Shown: positions 43,770 through 57,529, counted from the first letter of the stretch. The stretch: 64,000 bases of DNA from Scyliorhinus canicula (GCF_902713615.1 NC_052151.1:64390375-64454374), one strand, 5' to 3'. Program-made: numbers and translations. The notes: generated from the letters alone by a model not told the origin.

Positions 43770-46700
43770 AAGCCTCTCTCGGAGTCAAGGCATGGTAGAC
43801 AACCTTTGTAAAAGCAGTTTAAGTATCTTCGCTGGACCAGGAAAATATGGTCCCCAGAATTGATTATCATCCCTGTGTTGTGTTGCAACTGTCAGCTGGT
43901 TATTTTGGATATTGTTTGGGGAACAGGGGAAGTCAGGTATCGTAGTTCTACATGAACTATGTGTGTTTAGTAATTCATATACCACATTTGACTGAGAGTA
44001 GAACAGTTCTGTTCATGTGTATTTGTATTTTCTTTGCTTTAATAAATAGTCTTTAATAATTCTTACATGCCGACCTGGCTACTTCTTTTTACTGGGGTTT
44101 CACTTGTCACCTCACACAAAACAAAACTATACATCCCCACGATCCGGTGTTAAAAGTTAGGCTACCTCCGCAGATAACATCAGTGTGCTTAGTGATAAGT
44201 GTGAAACTAGAACATAGAACATAGAACATAGAACAGTACAGCGCAGAACAGGCCCTTCGGCCCTCGATGTTGTGCCGAGCAATGATCACCCTACTCAACC
44301 CCACGTATCCACCCTATACCCGTAACCCAACAACCCCCCCCCCCCCCAACCTTACTTTTAAGGACACTACGGGCAATTTAGCATGGCCAATCCACCTAAC
44401 CCGCACATCTTTGGACTGTGGGAGGAAACCGGAGCACCCGGAGGAAACCCACGCACACACGGGGAGGACGTGCAGACTCCGAACAGACAGTGACCCAGCC
44501 GGGAACCGAACCTGGGACCCTGGAGCTGTGAAGCATTTATGCTAACCACCATGCTACCGTGCTGCCCACTAAGGGTAAGAACTTGCAGAGTCATGCCACA
44601 TCTCCGGTATATACAGACCAGTAGCAAGTTTAGCACACTGGGCTAAAGAGCTGGCTTTTAAAGCAGACCAAGGCAGGCCAGCAGCACGGTTCAATTCCCG
44701 AATCAGCCTCCCCGAACAGGCACCGGAATGTGGCGACTCGGGGCTTTTCACAGTAACTTCATTTGAAGCCTACTCGTGACAATGAGCAATTTTCATTTAA
44801 TTTCATACTGGTCTGGATGAAAAAGATTGAAATGTTTTTCTCAGTGGAATCTTGGACTTGTGTGATAAACAAACTGACTGCTGCGTAAGGGAAGGGAAGA
44901 CAACTTTTAATTTGAGCATCACTGAAAGTTGCTAAGTGATGGTGGTAAATATGTATTGTAAATGGACCCATTGCTGAAAGTATTACTGACTGATGTCTGC
45001 CTTTGGGAGCAGTCGGGGCTTTTGCTGCCCCACTGGGCAATATGTTGGGGGTGGGGGGTAATTTTATTCTTGCCTTCCAACTGTGAAACCCAGCCAGCGC
45101 GTGGTGCACCTGTTTAAACCCGGCCCAATGTTACCCTTCACTGACTTCAATGGAGAGTACAATCAGGTCGGGTGTAAAGCCTGTGTGGCACCTCATCCTG
45201 GCTTTATTCTAATGGGTGGGTTCGGGTAAAATTTTCCCACCATGATTCTACTGCTGCTTCATACAATGTAGAGTTTAGATTTGACATCACGCCAATATGT
45301 TGACCAGCCATCATTTGCCCAAGAGATTCTAAACCAAATTATATAGCGTTTTTCAGACATCCCCAGTAGTTATCCAGCATCAGACTGGGCAGTGTGATAT
45401 CCTGAATGCCATTTGGTAATCCGCACAGTAAAGGCTATAGAGACTGTCACAAACATCAGTTACAGCCAAATGCAGAGGTGAACATCTCCCAGCCTCTGTA
45501 TCAGCACAAACAGCATGTCGCAAAGGTCCACCACTCAAACTACCAAACTTCAGTCTGTGAGCTGGAGCCCAGATACTACACCAGTCATGTTAATCTGTAA
45601 ACTTGAAAGTAAGGAATATTGCTGGGACAAGGGGAAGGGAGGGCCATCCGGTGCAGCAAGCGAGTATCAGCAGAGATGAAAAAGATTGAAATAGTTTTTC
45701 CATATGTAAAAAAACAATTGCTTCCCAAGCTGTGTATTAAAAAAACCATTTGAAGTGCAGGCCCTTCATAGTAAAATACCATGGAGGCTGAACAAGTAGC
45801 CACTGTCAGTAGACACAATGTGCAAGTAACCCTCGCCCATTCAGTTTAATACAGGCAGCATGCCCATTGCATGCCACCATTCAATGTCATGTTTGCAGAG
45901 TGCAGCTGCTATTGAGAGGCTTCATCAGGTGCCTAGCACATGTTAAATCGAGCCTGCACTTATTAAGGCCAGCCTGCAGTTTTAAAGTGAAGATGCCTGG
46001 AGCAGGCACCGGTGGGCAGTGCACAAGTTATTCTGGCTTCATTAGCAAATAGTGAGGAATGGCTCAACAAGGCAGAGATATGAATCTCGGAGATGCTCTC
46101 CAAACCTTTTGGCGGCTGCGCTGAAGGCCGTGGTGGAGGAGATGGAAAGGAGGAGAGTTGCATCCCCAGGGAGGAAACAGCCATCCATCCACACGGTTTG
46201 CAGAGCAGGTAGTGGTGACACAGGTTTTAGCACAGAGCTTGGAGCCCATCCTTTCCACCATGAAAGTGGTAGTCAACTATATCATCACATTTCTAAACCA
46301 AACCATGATACAGCAGCTCACACAAGCTCAAGGATCAGCACCTTGGGCGGGATTCTCCGTCCATTCACGGCAGCGGGGTTCCCCTACCTCGCTGCAGTGA
46401 ATGGGAGATTTGGCTGAGCACCATATTCTCCATCCTCGCTGGCAGCGGCAGTGGGGCGGACTCGCAATAGGGAACCCTGGCCCAAATGACCCACTGTTTC
46501 ATGGTGCAAGGCCAAAGCAATGGGTAACGGTACAAGTAAAGAAAGAATAGACATGTCGAGAGGAAGTATGAATAGCAGGATGCTGGGTTTCTGCTGCCTG
46601 AAAGCAAAGTGAAAGAAATAAGAAGCAAAAAGAAGCAGACAAATATGGGGAGTGGTCACAACCTCAAATTGTCAAGTTTAAAAGGCTGTAAAGTTTGTAG

Positions 46701-47340
46701 TCTAAAGGTAAGGGGCTGGATTCTCCGCCGGCAGCCCGGGAGTTTCCCGACGGCGTGTGGCTGCCGCACAATGGGAAACACCATTGACCAGCCGGCCAAA
46801 CGGAGCATCCCGCCGTCATGCTGAACAATAAATCTGACGGGACGGAAAAACCAGCCCATTAACTATGCTTTTCTCTCCCCGAAAGTTGCCAGACCTGCTT
46901 AGAATTTCTAAGATTTTCTGTTTTCATTTGAGATTTTCAGCTGTATTTTGCCTTTCCCTGATGCAGCGTCTGATGATTCATCTCACCTTCCATTGCAGCC
47001 CACGCAACTTTCACCAGATGTTTGGGGTACAGCAGTGGAAGCTCGGACTCAAGTGGTGCCTTGCAAGCTCAGACAAGTGCCATTGTGTTTTAGATACCAG
47101 TGTTCAAACTAGGGGCTTGCAGGGTATAGTCGCAGGAAAGCAATCTGGAAATCTGTCCTCCAACGATTTACTGGGATTGCTTCAGTGCCACCCCATAGTT
47201 GGCTCCTCAGCTGCTCACAGTACAACTGCACTCCATTATAGTGAGGTTGTGCAGTATGCCATGCACAACAGTGCATCCTGACACTCATTCTGCTGAGTAC
47301 TGCGGGGCTCCTGCGGAGTGGTTCAGGCAACAGAAGCATT

Positions 47341-47520
47341 GGGCGAGATTCTCCGCACTCACGACGGTTCGGAGAATAGCGGGCGACGCAAATTTTCACG
47401 GCGACGCTGGTCCGACGCCCTCTCGCTATTCTCCGAACCCCGCACAAACTACACGTCGCCAAACACGGCCGTTTTCACAGCCAACTTCGCGATTTTCCGT
47501 GGGTGCGGAGAATCGCGCCC
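47341..47520. mobile_element. MITE, 18-bp TIR GGGCG(A/C)GATTCTCCGCAC, 3-bp TSD ATT; relatives at 7718-7895, 46345-46483, 46713-46857, 53913-54394
   Basis: 17/18 inverted match; ATT on both sides. Confidence 0.88.
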
Positions 47521-47989
47521 ATTGTTTCAGCTCATCAATGGTCTGCGGTGTGGTGTTTTGTGTGGTGACATGGCTTCCATTCCATGCATGCTGTGCACAT
47601 GTGCATGGGTTATACAGCAGAATTAGGAATCACATGCTCAGCCAATTGCCTTGATTGCCAGTAGCCACCCTTCAGTTTGTCATGGTGGTTGAAAGGCAGC
47701 TAGCACAGAGGGCTGCCGCAGAGTGAAGGTATTGGGACTGCAGCCAGTATCTCAGGCATTGCCCTGCAGAATTCTCAGCCTATGTTAACACACCAATTGG
47801 ATGTTGAGGGAGTAGAATCCGGTAATGGGTAGAGTTGACATGCGGTGTTCACAAAGCAATGCAATTGCAATCACTGACACGTTGCACCTTGGGTAAGATT
47901 GCAATCCCTGTGACGCTGCATGCATGCTCTGTCGCTTTCCTCTGGAAGGAAAGAATGAAGTGTTGGATCTCATAAAATTGAGAGCATCA

Positions 47990-50900
47990 GTGAGAGCAGG
48001 GGGTCAGAAGGTGAAAAAAATTGAGAGAGAACTAGGAAATAGGGCCAGTATGGCCCTGAGGAAGAGCAGACAGGGAGATGTTGCTGAAAACAGCAGAACT
48101 GGTGGCCTGAAGTGCATATGCTTTAATGCAAGAAGTATAACAGGTAAGGCACTTGAACTTAGAGCTTGGATTAGTACTTGGAACTACGATGTTGTTGCCA
48201 TTACAGAGACCTAGTTGAGGGAAGGACAGGATTGGCAGCTAAACATTCTAAGATTTAGATGTTTCAGGCTGGATAGAGCGGGATGTAAAAAGGGTGGAGG
48301 AGTTGCGCTACTGGTGAGGGAGAATATCACAGCTGTACTACGGGAGGACACTTCAGAGGGCAGCGAGTCTATATGGGTAGAGATCAGGAATAAGAAGGGT
48401 GCAGTCACAATGTTGGGGGTTTACTACAGGCCTCCCAACAGCCAGCGGGAGATAGAGGAGCAGAGAGGTAGACAGATTTTGGAAAGGAGTAAAAGCAACA
48501 GGGTTGTTGTGATGGGAGACTTCAACTTCCCCAGTATTGACTGGGACTCACTTAATGCTAGGGGCTTGGATGGGGCAGAAATGTAACGAGCATCCAGGAG
48601 GGCTTTTAGAACATAGAACATTACAGTGCAGTACAGGCCCTTCGGCCCTCGAGTTGCATCGACCTATGAAACCACTCTGAAGCCCATCTACACTATTCCC
48701 TTTGTTTATCCAATGACCATTTAAATGCCCTTAATGTTGGCGAGTCCACTACTTTTTAAAACAATATGTAGATAGTCCAACTAGGGAAGGGGCTATACTG
48801 GACATGGTATTGGGGAATGAGCCCGGCCGGTGGTAGAAGTTTCAGTCGGGGAGCATTTCCGGAACAGTTACCACAATTCAGTAAGTTTTAAAGTGCTGGT
48901 GGACAAGGATAAGAGTGGTCCAAGGGTGAATGTGCTAAATTGGGGGAAGGCGAATTTTAACAATATTAAACTGAAGAACAAAGATTGGGGGCGGTTGTTT
49001 GAGGGTAAATCAAAATCTGACATGTGGGAGGCTTTCAAATGTCAGTTGAAAGGAATTCAGGACCGGCATGTTCCTGTGAAGAAGCAGGATAAATATGGCA
49101 AATTTTGGGAACCTTGGATAACGAGAGATATTGTAGGACTCGTCAAAAAGTAAAAGGTGGCATTTGTCAGGGCTAGAAGGCTGGGAACAGCCGAAGCCTG
49201 TGTGGAATATAAGGAAAGTAGGAAGGAACTTAAGCAAGGAGTCAGGAGGGCTAAAAGGGGTCCCGAAAAGCCATTGGCAAATAGGGTTAAGGAAAATCCC
49301 AAGGCTTTTTACACATACATAAAAAGCAAGAGGGTAGCCAGGGAAAGGGTTGGACCACTAAAGAACAGGGGAGGGAATTTATGTGTGGAGCCAGAGGAAA
49401 TGGGTGAGGTACTAAATGAATACTTTGCATCAGTATTCATCAAATAGAAGGAATTGGTGGATGTTGAGTCTGGAGAGGGGTGTGTAGATAGACTGGGTCA
49501 CATTGAGATCCAAAAAGATAAGGTGTTGGGCGTCTTGAAAAATATTAAGATGGATAAGTCCCCAGGGCCTGATGGGATCTACCCCAGAATACTGAAGGAG
49601 GCAAGAGAGGCAATTGCTGAGGCCCGTACAGAAATCTTTGGATCCTCACTGTCTTCAGGTGATGTCCCGGAGGACTGGAGAATAGCCAATGGTTTTCCTT
49701 TGTTTAAGAAGGGTAGCAAGGATAATCCAGGGAACTACAGGCCGGTGAACCTTACATCAGTGGTAGGGAAATTACTGGAGGGAATTCTTCGAGACAGCAT
49801 CTACTCCCATTTGGAAGCAAGTGGTTGTATTAGCGAAAGTCAGCATGGTTTTGTGAAGGGGAGGTCATGTCTCACTAACTTGGTAGTTTTTTCGAGGAGG
49901 TCACAAAGATGATTGATGCAGGTAGGGCAGTGGATGTTGTCTATATGGACTTCAGTAAGGCCTTTGACAAGGTTCCTCATGGCATGGTACAAAAGGTGAA
50001 GTCTCACGGGATCAGAGCTGGCAAGATGGATACAGAACTGGTTGGGTCATAAAAGGCAGAGAGTAGCAATGGAAAGGTGCTTTTCTGATTGGAGGGCTGT
50101 GACTAGTGGTGTTCCACAGGGATCAGTGCTGGGACCTTTGCTGTTCGTAGTATATATAAATGATTTGGAGGAAAATGTAACTGGTCTGATAAGTACGTTT
50201 GCGGACGACACAAAGGTTGGTGGAATTGCGGATAGCGATGAGGACTGTCAGAGGATACAGCAGGATTTAGATTGTTTGGAGATTTGGGCGGCGAGATGGC
50301 AGATGGATTTTTATCCGGACAAATGTAAGGTAATGCGTTTTGGAAGGTCTATACAGGTAAGGAATATACAGTGAATGGTAGAACCCTCAAGAGTATTGAC
50401 AGTCAGAGAGATCTTGGTGTACAGGTCCACAGGTCACTGAAAGAGGCAACACAGAAGGTAGTCAAGAAGGCATACGGCATGCTTGCCTTCATTGGCCAGG
50501 GCATTGAGTATAAAAATTGGCAAGTCATGTTGCAGCTGTATAGACCCTTAGTTAGGCCACACTTGGAGTATAGTGTTCAATTCTGGTTGCCACACTACCA
50601 GAAGGATGTGGAGGCTTTAGAGAGGGTGCAGAAGAGATTTACCAGGATGTTGCCTGGTATGGAGCTCATTAGCTATGAGGAGAGGTTGAATAAACTTGGT
50701 TTGTTCTCACTGGAATGAAGGAGGTTGAGGAGTGACCTGATAGAGGTCCACAAAACTATGAGGGGCATAGACAGAGTGGATAGTCAGAGACTTTTTCCAA
50801 GGATAGCGGGTCAGTTACTAGGGGGCACAGGTTTAAGGTGCGAGGGGCAAGGTTTAGAGGAGATGTATGAGGCAAGTATTTTACACTGAGGCAAGTGGGT

Positions 50901-51115
50901 GCCTGGAACCCGCTGCCGGAGGAGGTGACGGAAGCAGGTATGATAGTGACGGTTAAGGAGCATCTTGACAAATACATGACTAGGATGGGGATAGAGGGAT
51001 ACGGACCCTGGAAGTGTAGAATATTTTAGTTTTGATGGGCAGCATGGTTGGCGCAGGCTTGGAGGGCCGAAGGGCCTGTTCCTGTGCTGTACTTTTCTTT
51101 GTTCTTTGTTCTTTG
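47990..51115 (+). mobile_element. 5'-truncated CR1 LINE (ORF2 to tail), decayed; antisense CR1 tail inserted at ~48609-48752
   Basis: [35 protein letters not shown]; tail GGCCGAAGGGCCTGTT...(TTCTTTG)n. Confidence 0.95.
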
Positions 51116-52149
51116 TTTGATCATCCTAATGCAGCAGTGGGAGGCAAACTGTAGAATTATGCAAATAGCTCCAGCCTGGAAAGGGTCAGACACCAAGGTC
51201 ACTTACACAACCATTGGCAATGCCCTTGCCCTGCTGTGACATTTCAGCAGGTGACAGATTTCAGTGAGAATGTCCAGACTAAAGCACAAACATTGCCCAC
51301 AATGTTCTCTGCTTAGGTTCGGGTGTGAGAACTGCTCCCCGAACACCCTGGGCAAAGATAGCGTCCTGCCTAGGACCCTTCCCTCCACTTACTCCCAACA
51401 GCTCTCTCTACCATCTGTTCACGCTGTAAAATGAGAGGAATGCTTATTAGTGCTCCCATGTGTAGGAGCAACTGGTGCAGAAGCCTTGAAGCATTTAAAA
51501 AAAAACACCTTCAGCACCTGCCACACCTCTCCCTGGTCAAAGGCACCAAACCTCCACAGCTGGAGGCACCAAACAGTTGTAGAATCAAAGCAACAGGCAG
51601 AAGAATTTGACCAGCAACCAACTTGTATGGAGGTTAGTGCTGCCTTTCAATAGCACTGATGGAGGGTCCACTTGTTGCTGATGCATGTTCAGTTATACAG
51701 GTGAAGAGAGGCGATAACTGGAGCGTTGAGCTCTAAAATGGCGCTGCCACGATCAAATCAGAGTTATACACTGACTGACATTGCAATCTGTGTACTTCAC
51801 TGCGACTGTACCAGCATCTCGCCAATATGACTTCCAGTGAAACATGTGTGTTTGTGCCAGTGGTGCTCGAAACATTCAAACGGTGTACATTACCAATCTG
51901 AAATTGCATCTTTGACAAGAATCTTACAATCAGCACTGTGCAAAGTAACAAGATAAAATCAAATTGTAAACGTGAATGTGAAGCAAATTGCTCGACTGGA
52001 AAATCTGCTTGAATCAGGACAACATTCATCTGGAATCAGTTTATAAAATCACATGATTTGGTAGCAGAAAGAACAACTTTGCAGTTCAAAAAATATATTT
52101 GAGAGTCTGTTAAGGTCCAGCATTTACATCATCACTTGACAATACAGAA

Positions 52150-52710
52150 CTTGAGTGTTTCTGGGAAAAAAAGAGACATGCTGTTGAAGCTTTCTGCCTT
52201 GCACTCATCAGGACAGATCACAAGACTTTGAAATCTCAATGGGAACGATTCATACTGCATGAGAAATGGGTGCTAATTGGTTGTCAAGTGGACTCTGATT
52301 GGTAGAGGCGTGCCAGGGAACAGTTAGCTACGAAGCTTTTGTTTAAATTGAAACCTGGCAAGCTGACTGTAATTGGTCAAGGCAGTGCTGGGGTAATGAA
52401 CCAGAGATATATAGGTTCATGATTAATAAGGCAATCTTGGATTATGGGAGAAGGCAGGAGAATGGGAATGGGGAAAACATATCAGCCATGATTGAATGAT
52501 GGAGCAGATTCGATGGGCGGAATGGTCTAATTCTGCTCCAATAACTTATGGGTCTTATAGAATGGCTTTTCCTGCACGTTCTTGTTTAGTTGAAGAAGGT
52601 GCAAAGTGTGGACCTGCCTTCTGTCTGCAAAGGACAGGCCTCTGTGCATGACAGAGTGAGCCAAGTGTCAGCGAGCCACACTGTGAACTCAACTGGTGAT
52701 CTTAAATAAT
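52150..52710 (-). mobile_element. Probable Penelope-derived remnant, interrupted by a CR1 tail at ~52410-52560
   Basis: Terminal CTGATGA..GAAAGCTT hammerhead-like motif; no coding remnant seen; boundaries approximate. Confidence 0.5.
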
Positions 52711-52964
52711 CTTTTTCAGCAATACATAACTATATTATATCTTTCTTTAATAATTAATGTATGTGTTTAAAATGAAGCCACAAAAGCCACTCTCTCCTCA
52801 ATTCTGTCTTACCGATGACTCTATCCAATGACATTATTGACTCAGTCCTCCACTCACAAGACACGGGCAATTGAAAACTTTAAACATAGGAATTTGTAAC
52901 AGTAGGGAAGCTATATTACTTACTGGGTAAAAGCCAGAATTAAACATTTGCCAAATACACATGC

Positions 52965-53298
52965 AGCGGCGTGGTGGTATTGTCACTGGTCTAGAAAGCC
53001 AGAGACCAAGAGTAATGCTCTGGGGACCCAGGTTCGAATCCCGCCATTGCTGATGGTGAAATTTGAATTCAATAAAAATTTGGAATTAAAAGTCTAATAA
53101 TGACCATGAAACCATTGTCGATTGTCATAAAAACCCATCTGGTTCATTAATGTCCTTCAGGGAAAGAAATCTGCCATCCTTACCTGGTCTGGCCTACATG
53201 TGACTCCAGACCCACAGCAATGTGGTTCATTCTGAACTGCTGCCCCAAATCCAATTAGGGATGGGCACAGCCCACGTCCCGTGAACAAATAAAAAAAA
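52965..53298 (+). mobile_element. Older tRNA-derived SINE family; other copies at ~15105-15465(-) and 23580-23930(+)
   Basis: B-box GGTTCGAATCC; shared CATCTGGTTCA.TAATGTCC..AGGGAA.GAAATCTGCC.TCCTTACCTGGTCTGGCCTACATGTGACTCCAGACC. Confidence 0.8.
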
Positions 53299-56200
53299 TG
53301 AAAACATTTATCAGGGTTTTTCAACAACATGGAATATTGGCCATGTTTTAAGAGAGATTTCTACACAATGACTCTGCCATTAACAAATTCCAAAGTGAAT
53401 ATTTCTGTTTGAAACATCTGTTTCATGTAAAGTCAGATGTCCTTGTGTTTTTTTGGAAATCCTTTTGCTTCATTGAGTTATTTAACAAACGTTCAAGAAA
53501 ATGTTGAGAATTTCTCTTTTGAAATTTTATATCATATTCAAATGCAGGTTCTCAGTGGAATGAAACATGGGGTACTCTGATTAGGAGACTTTTGTACATA
53601 AAATCCTAAATATAGAATGCAATGTGCGATTCCAAATATGTTTCTTTCTAGTCTGGATGGTTAAAGATCCCATGTACCTCACCAGATGGCCATTTGTCAT
53701 GTGTCCAGGTAGCCAGCAGGTTATTTGACCACAGGAGGCTGCATATTCAAGCCAGGCCCCATCCTGAGTAACTCCCCACACTTCACAGCAGGGTTTACTG
53801 AATTATGCTGAAGAGGAGGCTCTCTGGCTGATTGTTTCCTTTTTATGCCATAAGTATTGTGGCTGCTTTCAGCACTACTGCACTGATAGCACTGACAGGC
53901 ATCAGACTTTCCGGGCGGGATTCTCCCTTCTGACGGCAGAGTGTTGACACCGTCATAAAAATTGGAGAGTTTAACGACGGCGTCATCGGTACGCTAAGTG
54001 TCGCAATCCTCTGCACTACAGGAGGCCAGCACGGCACTGGAGCGACCCACGCCGCTCCAGCTGCCGATACTGCCGTCAAATGGGCATCGCGGGTCTGTGC
54101 AGGTGCACAGGTGCACTGCGACCAGCGCGAATGTGTGATAACTTCCTTCTCCGCGCCGGCCCCGACACAACATGACGTAGGGCTTCAGGAGCTGGCGCGG
54201 AGCAAAAGAGGCTCCCACCAGGAGAGGCCGGCCCACTGATCGGTAGGCCCCGTTCGCGAGCCACGCCATGGTGGAGGCCCCCTCCCCACTGGATGGATGC
54301 CGAGGTCCCGCCAAGTAAGACCAGTTGGGAATGCCGCCGGTGGGACTCGGGCTTTTTTAGACGGCCACTTGGCCCATCCCGGGCGGAGAACTGCCAACAG
54401 ATGGTTTACTGAGCCTTGGGAAAGCTGGCAGCTAAATGGGGTGAGGACTGTCAACTCCAGCAGATATGTGCCCTTCAAACCTACCTGTCAGACCAACTAT
54501 ACCAGCCTTGGAACCCCGCCTTCTCTACACTCAGATATCCCCACCCCTCACCATTTCAATCCCTCTCCTCGAAGCCTCCGATTACCTTCTCAGACCTCCA
54601 TCCATCTGCCTGAGGGCTCTGATCTCCGCAGGCCTCCAATCCATCCCCAGGGCCTTCCATCTCTTCTCAGAGGTCTCAAATTCCCTTCCGACCTCTCAGT
54701 CCATTCCTTCCCTGGGCCCTTGAGCCCCTCTCTGAGCCCTGTCTCTGATCATCTTGCTGTGGGTTCTATGGTGGGCAGGGGGTGGGTTAGAATTTGGCTG
54801 AGGTTCAAAAATGGGTTCCACCATGGCGTAAATTTCCCGTGGGATCCTCTGCGTGGGTGTCCGCCATGGTGGATCTGGAAACCAGATCGAGGCCAGTGTA
54901 AAACTGATTTGCATCCCGCTAACAGCATGCAGATGAAGGCCTGACCAGAAACTTCCACCCACGTCCATTCTCTCGGTGATAGCAGGAAAACACTAAACTT
55001 CTGGAGCAATATGGTATGAAGACATTGGGATTCACCTAGAACACAGAACATACAGTGCAGAAGGAGGCCATTCGGCCTATCAAGTCTGCACCGACCCACT
55101 TAAGCTCTCACTTCCACCCTATCCCCAATAACCCCATCTAACCTTTTTTTGGTCACCAAGGGCAATTTTATCATGGCCAATCCACCTAACCTGCACGTCT
55201 TTGGACTGTGAGAGGAAACCGGAGCAGCCGGAGGAAACCCACGCAGACACGGGGAGAACGTGCAGACTCCGCACAGACAGTGGCCCAGCGGGGAATCGAA
55301 CCTGGGACCCTGGCGCTGTCAAGCCACAGTGCTATCCACTTGTGCGACCGTGCTGTCCCCACGGGCTGTGTGGGAGTTTGGGATGAAGGTCACTAATGAA
55401 CCTGGACCCCAGAACACCACAGCAATGTGTGAAGGAAGCACCTATGGGTAGGTATTCCAGATTCAGTGTCATTGAGGAGGTCCATCTTTCAGCCTCATAA
55501 TGTTCCTGGAGATGCATCTTCTTTTTCAAGAGGTCCATATTTATTTCTTCAATCATGAGTCAGTGATGTTGGGTTCCTTTTCAATATGGTGCCCGATTCC
55601 ACAGTGGAGAGGTGCCATCAGGTCTTCCCCACAAGTGACCTACCTCCTGACCTCCACCATCTACAAGGCCCCATTCAGGAGAGTGACGGAATACATCCCA
55701 TTTTCCTGGATGTGTGCAAGTCCAACAACACCTAAGCATGATACCATCCAGGACAAAAGTGTCTATTTGATTAACACCCCTTACACCATCAGCACAGCAT
55801 GTCTGCAGAGAGTACAGCAATTTACCAAGATTCTTTCAATAGCACCTCCCAAACTTGTAACTTCTAGCACTTAGAAAGGCAAAGGCAGAGGTGTATTGGA
55901 ACACCACCTCCTACATATCGCTCCAACTCTCCAACATCGCCCACACTCCCCTTCCAATTAACACACCATTCTGACTTGGAAATATACCACCATTCCTTCA
56001 TAATTCTTGGTCAAAATTCTGGAATTCCCTCATCTAACAACAGTATGAGTGTACCTGCAACAAATGGACTGCATCACATGGACTTGAGTGTTCAAAGAAT
56101 TGGCTCACCACCACCTTCACAAAGTCAAGTAGGATGGATAATAAAGGCTAACCTTGCTCGTGATGCCCATATCCAGCAAGAGTTGGGAAAAAAACTTGAT

Positions 56201-56749
56201 TTCAGATAGCTCAGCGAAGATTTGGGGTTGAGCTTGATGCAGTCCTGGTTTGTGGCTTTGTGTTTACTTGCTGAGTCACTTTTAGTTTGTGAGTTCATTA
56301 GCTCCTTCATGTCCTGCTTGCAGTGATTGTTATCAACATTTTGTTCCTGCTTAAAAATTAGAATGCGACTAGTTTCATGATGCATGACCTGCAGGAGACT
56401 ACGTGCAACAGAAAGGATCTGGAGCTAACAGCATTGTGTGACTGTTGAAACACTGCTAACTTCATCCTAATTAAGGTTTCTACATCAATCAATTTGGAAT
56501 GAATCATTTTTAAAATGAACTCACTTAGCATTTCTTTCAACCTTATGGCTCTCTTCTGAACCCAGCTAATGAACTTCAAACAGCTCTCTTTCAACAGCTC
56601 AGAGTGAAGCTTCCTTTCAATTGTTTTGTTTGAAGTCACTTTCTCTGTAACAATGAGCGTTCATTTCATCTGCTACGTGAATTTTGTTAAATTAATAAAA
56701 TTCCAGTAACTTGATGTTGTCATCGATCCTGGCCCCAGGTCACTTTCCG

Positions 56750-57529
56750 CAGCAAATTACCCAGCCTTCAGAACAGCAACCACAACACCACAAAACCCTG
56801 CCAGGGTAATCTCTGCAAGACATGCCAGATCATCGACATGGACACCACCATTACACGTGGAAACACCACCCACCAGGTACGCGGCGCATACTCGTGCGAC
56901 TCGACCAATGTAGTCTACCTCATACGCTGCAGGAAAGGATGTCCCGAAGCGTGGTACATTGGCGAGACCATGCAGACACTGCGACAACGAATAAACGGGC
57001 ATCGTGCGACTATCAACAGGCAGGACTGTTCCCTTCCAGTTGGGGAACACTTCAGCAGTCAAGGACATTCAGCCTCTGATCTCCGGGTCAGCATTCTACA
57101 AGGAGGCCTTCAGGAGACGCGACAACGCAAAATTGCTGAGCAAAAACTTATAGCTAAGTTCCGCACGCATGAATGCGGACTCAACCGGGATCTGGGATTC
57201 ATGTCGCATTACATTCGGCCCCCACCAACAAGCCTGGACTTGCAGAGGCCTACCGACTGAACTGGCTTGGGACAATTCACACCTCTTTAACCTGGAGTTA
57301 CCTCTCTCTCTGCATCTTTGATGATTTGATTGCCTGCAGGTGCTCGCATTCCGGGGCATCTCTGACTGTGTCTATATAAACATTTCTGGAACAAGCCTTT
57401 CCATTCACCTGAAGAAGGAGCCGTGCTCCGAAAGCTCGTGTTTGAAACAAACCTGTTGGACTTTAACCTGGTGTTGTAAGACTTCTTACTGTGCTCACCC
57501 CAGTCCAACGCCGGCATCTCCACATCATG
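56750..57529 (+). mobile_element. 5'-truncated Penelope-like element: GIY-YIG endonuclease C-terminus plus terminal repeat; TSD ACTTTCCG, inserted in a SINE (56724-57677)
   Basis: YSCDSTNVVYLIRCRKGCPEAWYIGETMQTLRQRINGH...EHF...EQKLI...GLN; TSD at 56742-56749 and 57530-57537. Confidence 0.93.
57406..57440 (+). ncRNA. Minimal type I hammerhead ribozyme motif in the Penelope terminal repeat
   Basis: CAC-CUGAAGA-A-GGAGC-cgu-GCUCC-GAAA-GC-UC-GUG. Confidence 0.65.

Noticed and set aside
53680-53810. Possible exon of the long neuronal SGK1.1 isoform
   Set aside because: It has splice-like flanks, but no frame gives convincing similarity to the SGK1.1 N-terminus I recall; I found no SGK1.1 exon in the window
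54297-54944. 215-aa Pro/Ser-rich ORF
   Set aside because: It spans a MITE end and low-complexity pyrimidine-rich repeat-like sequence; no domain
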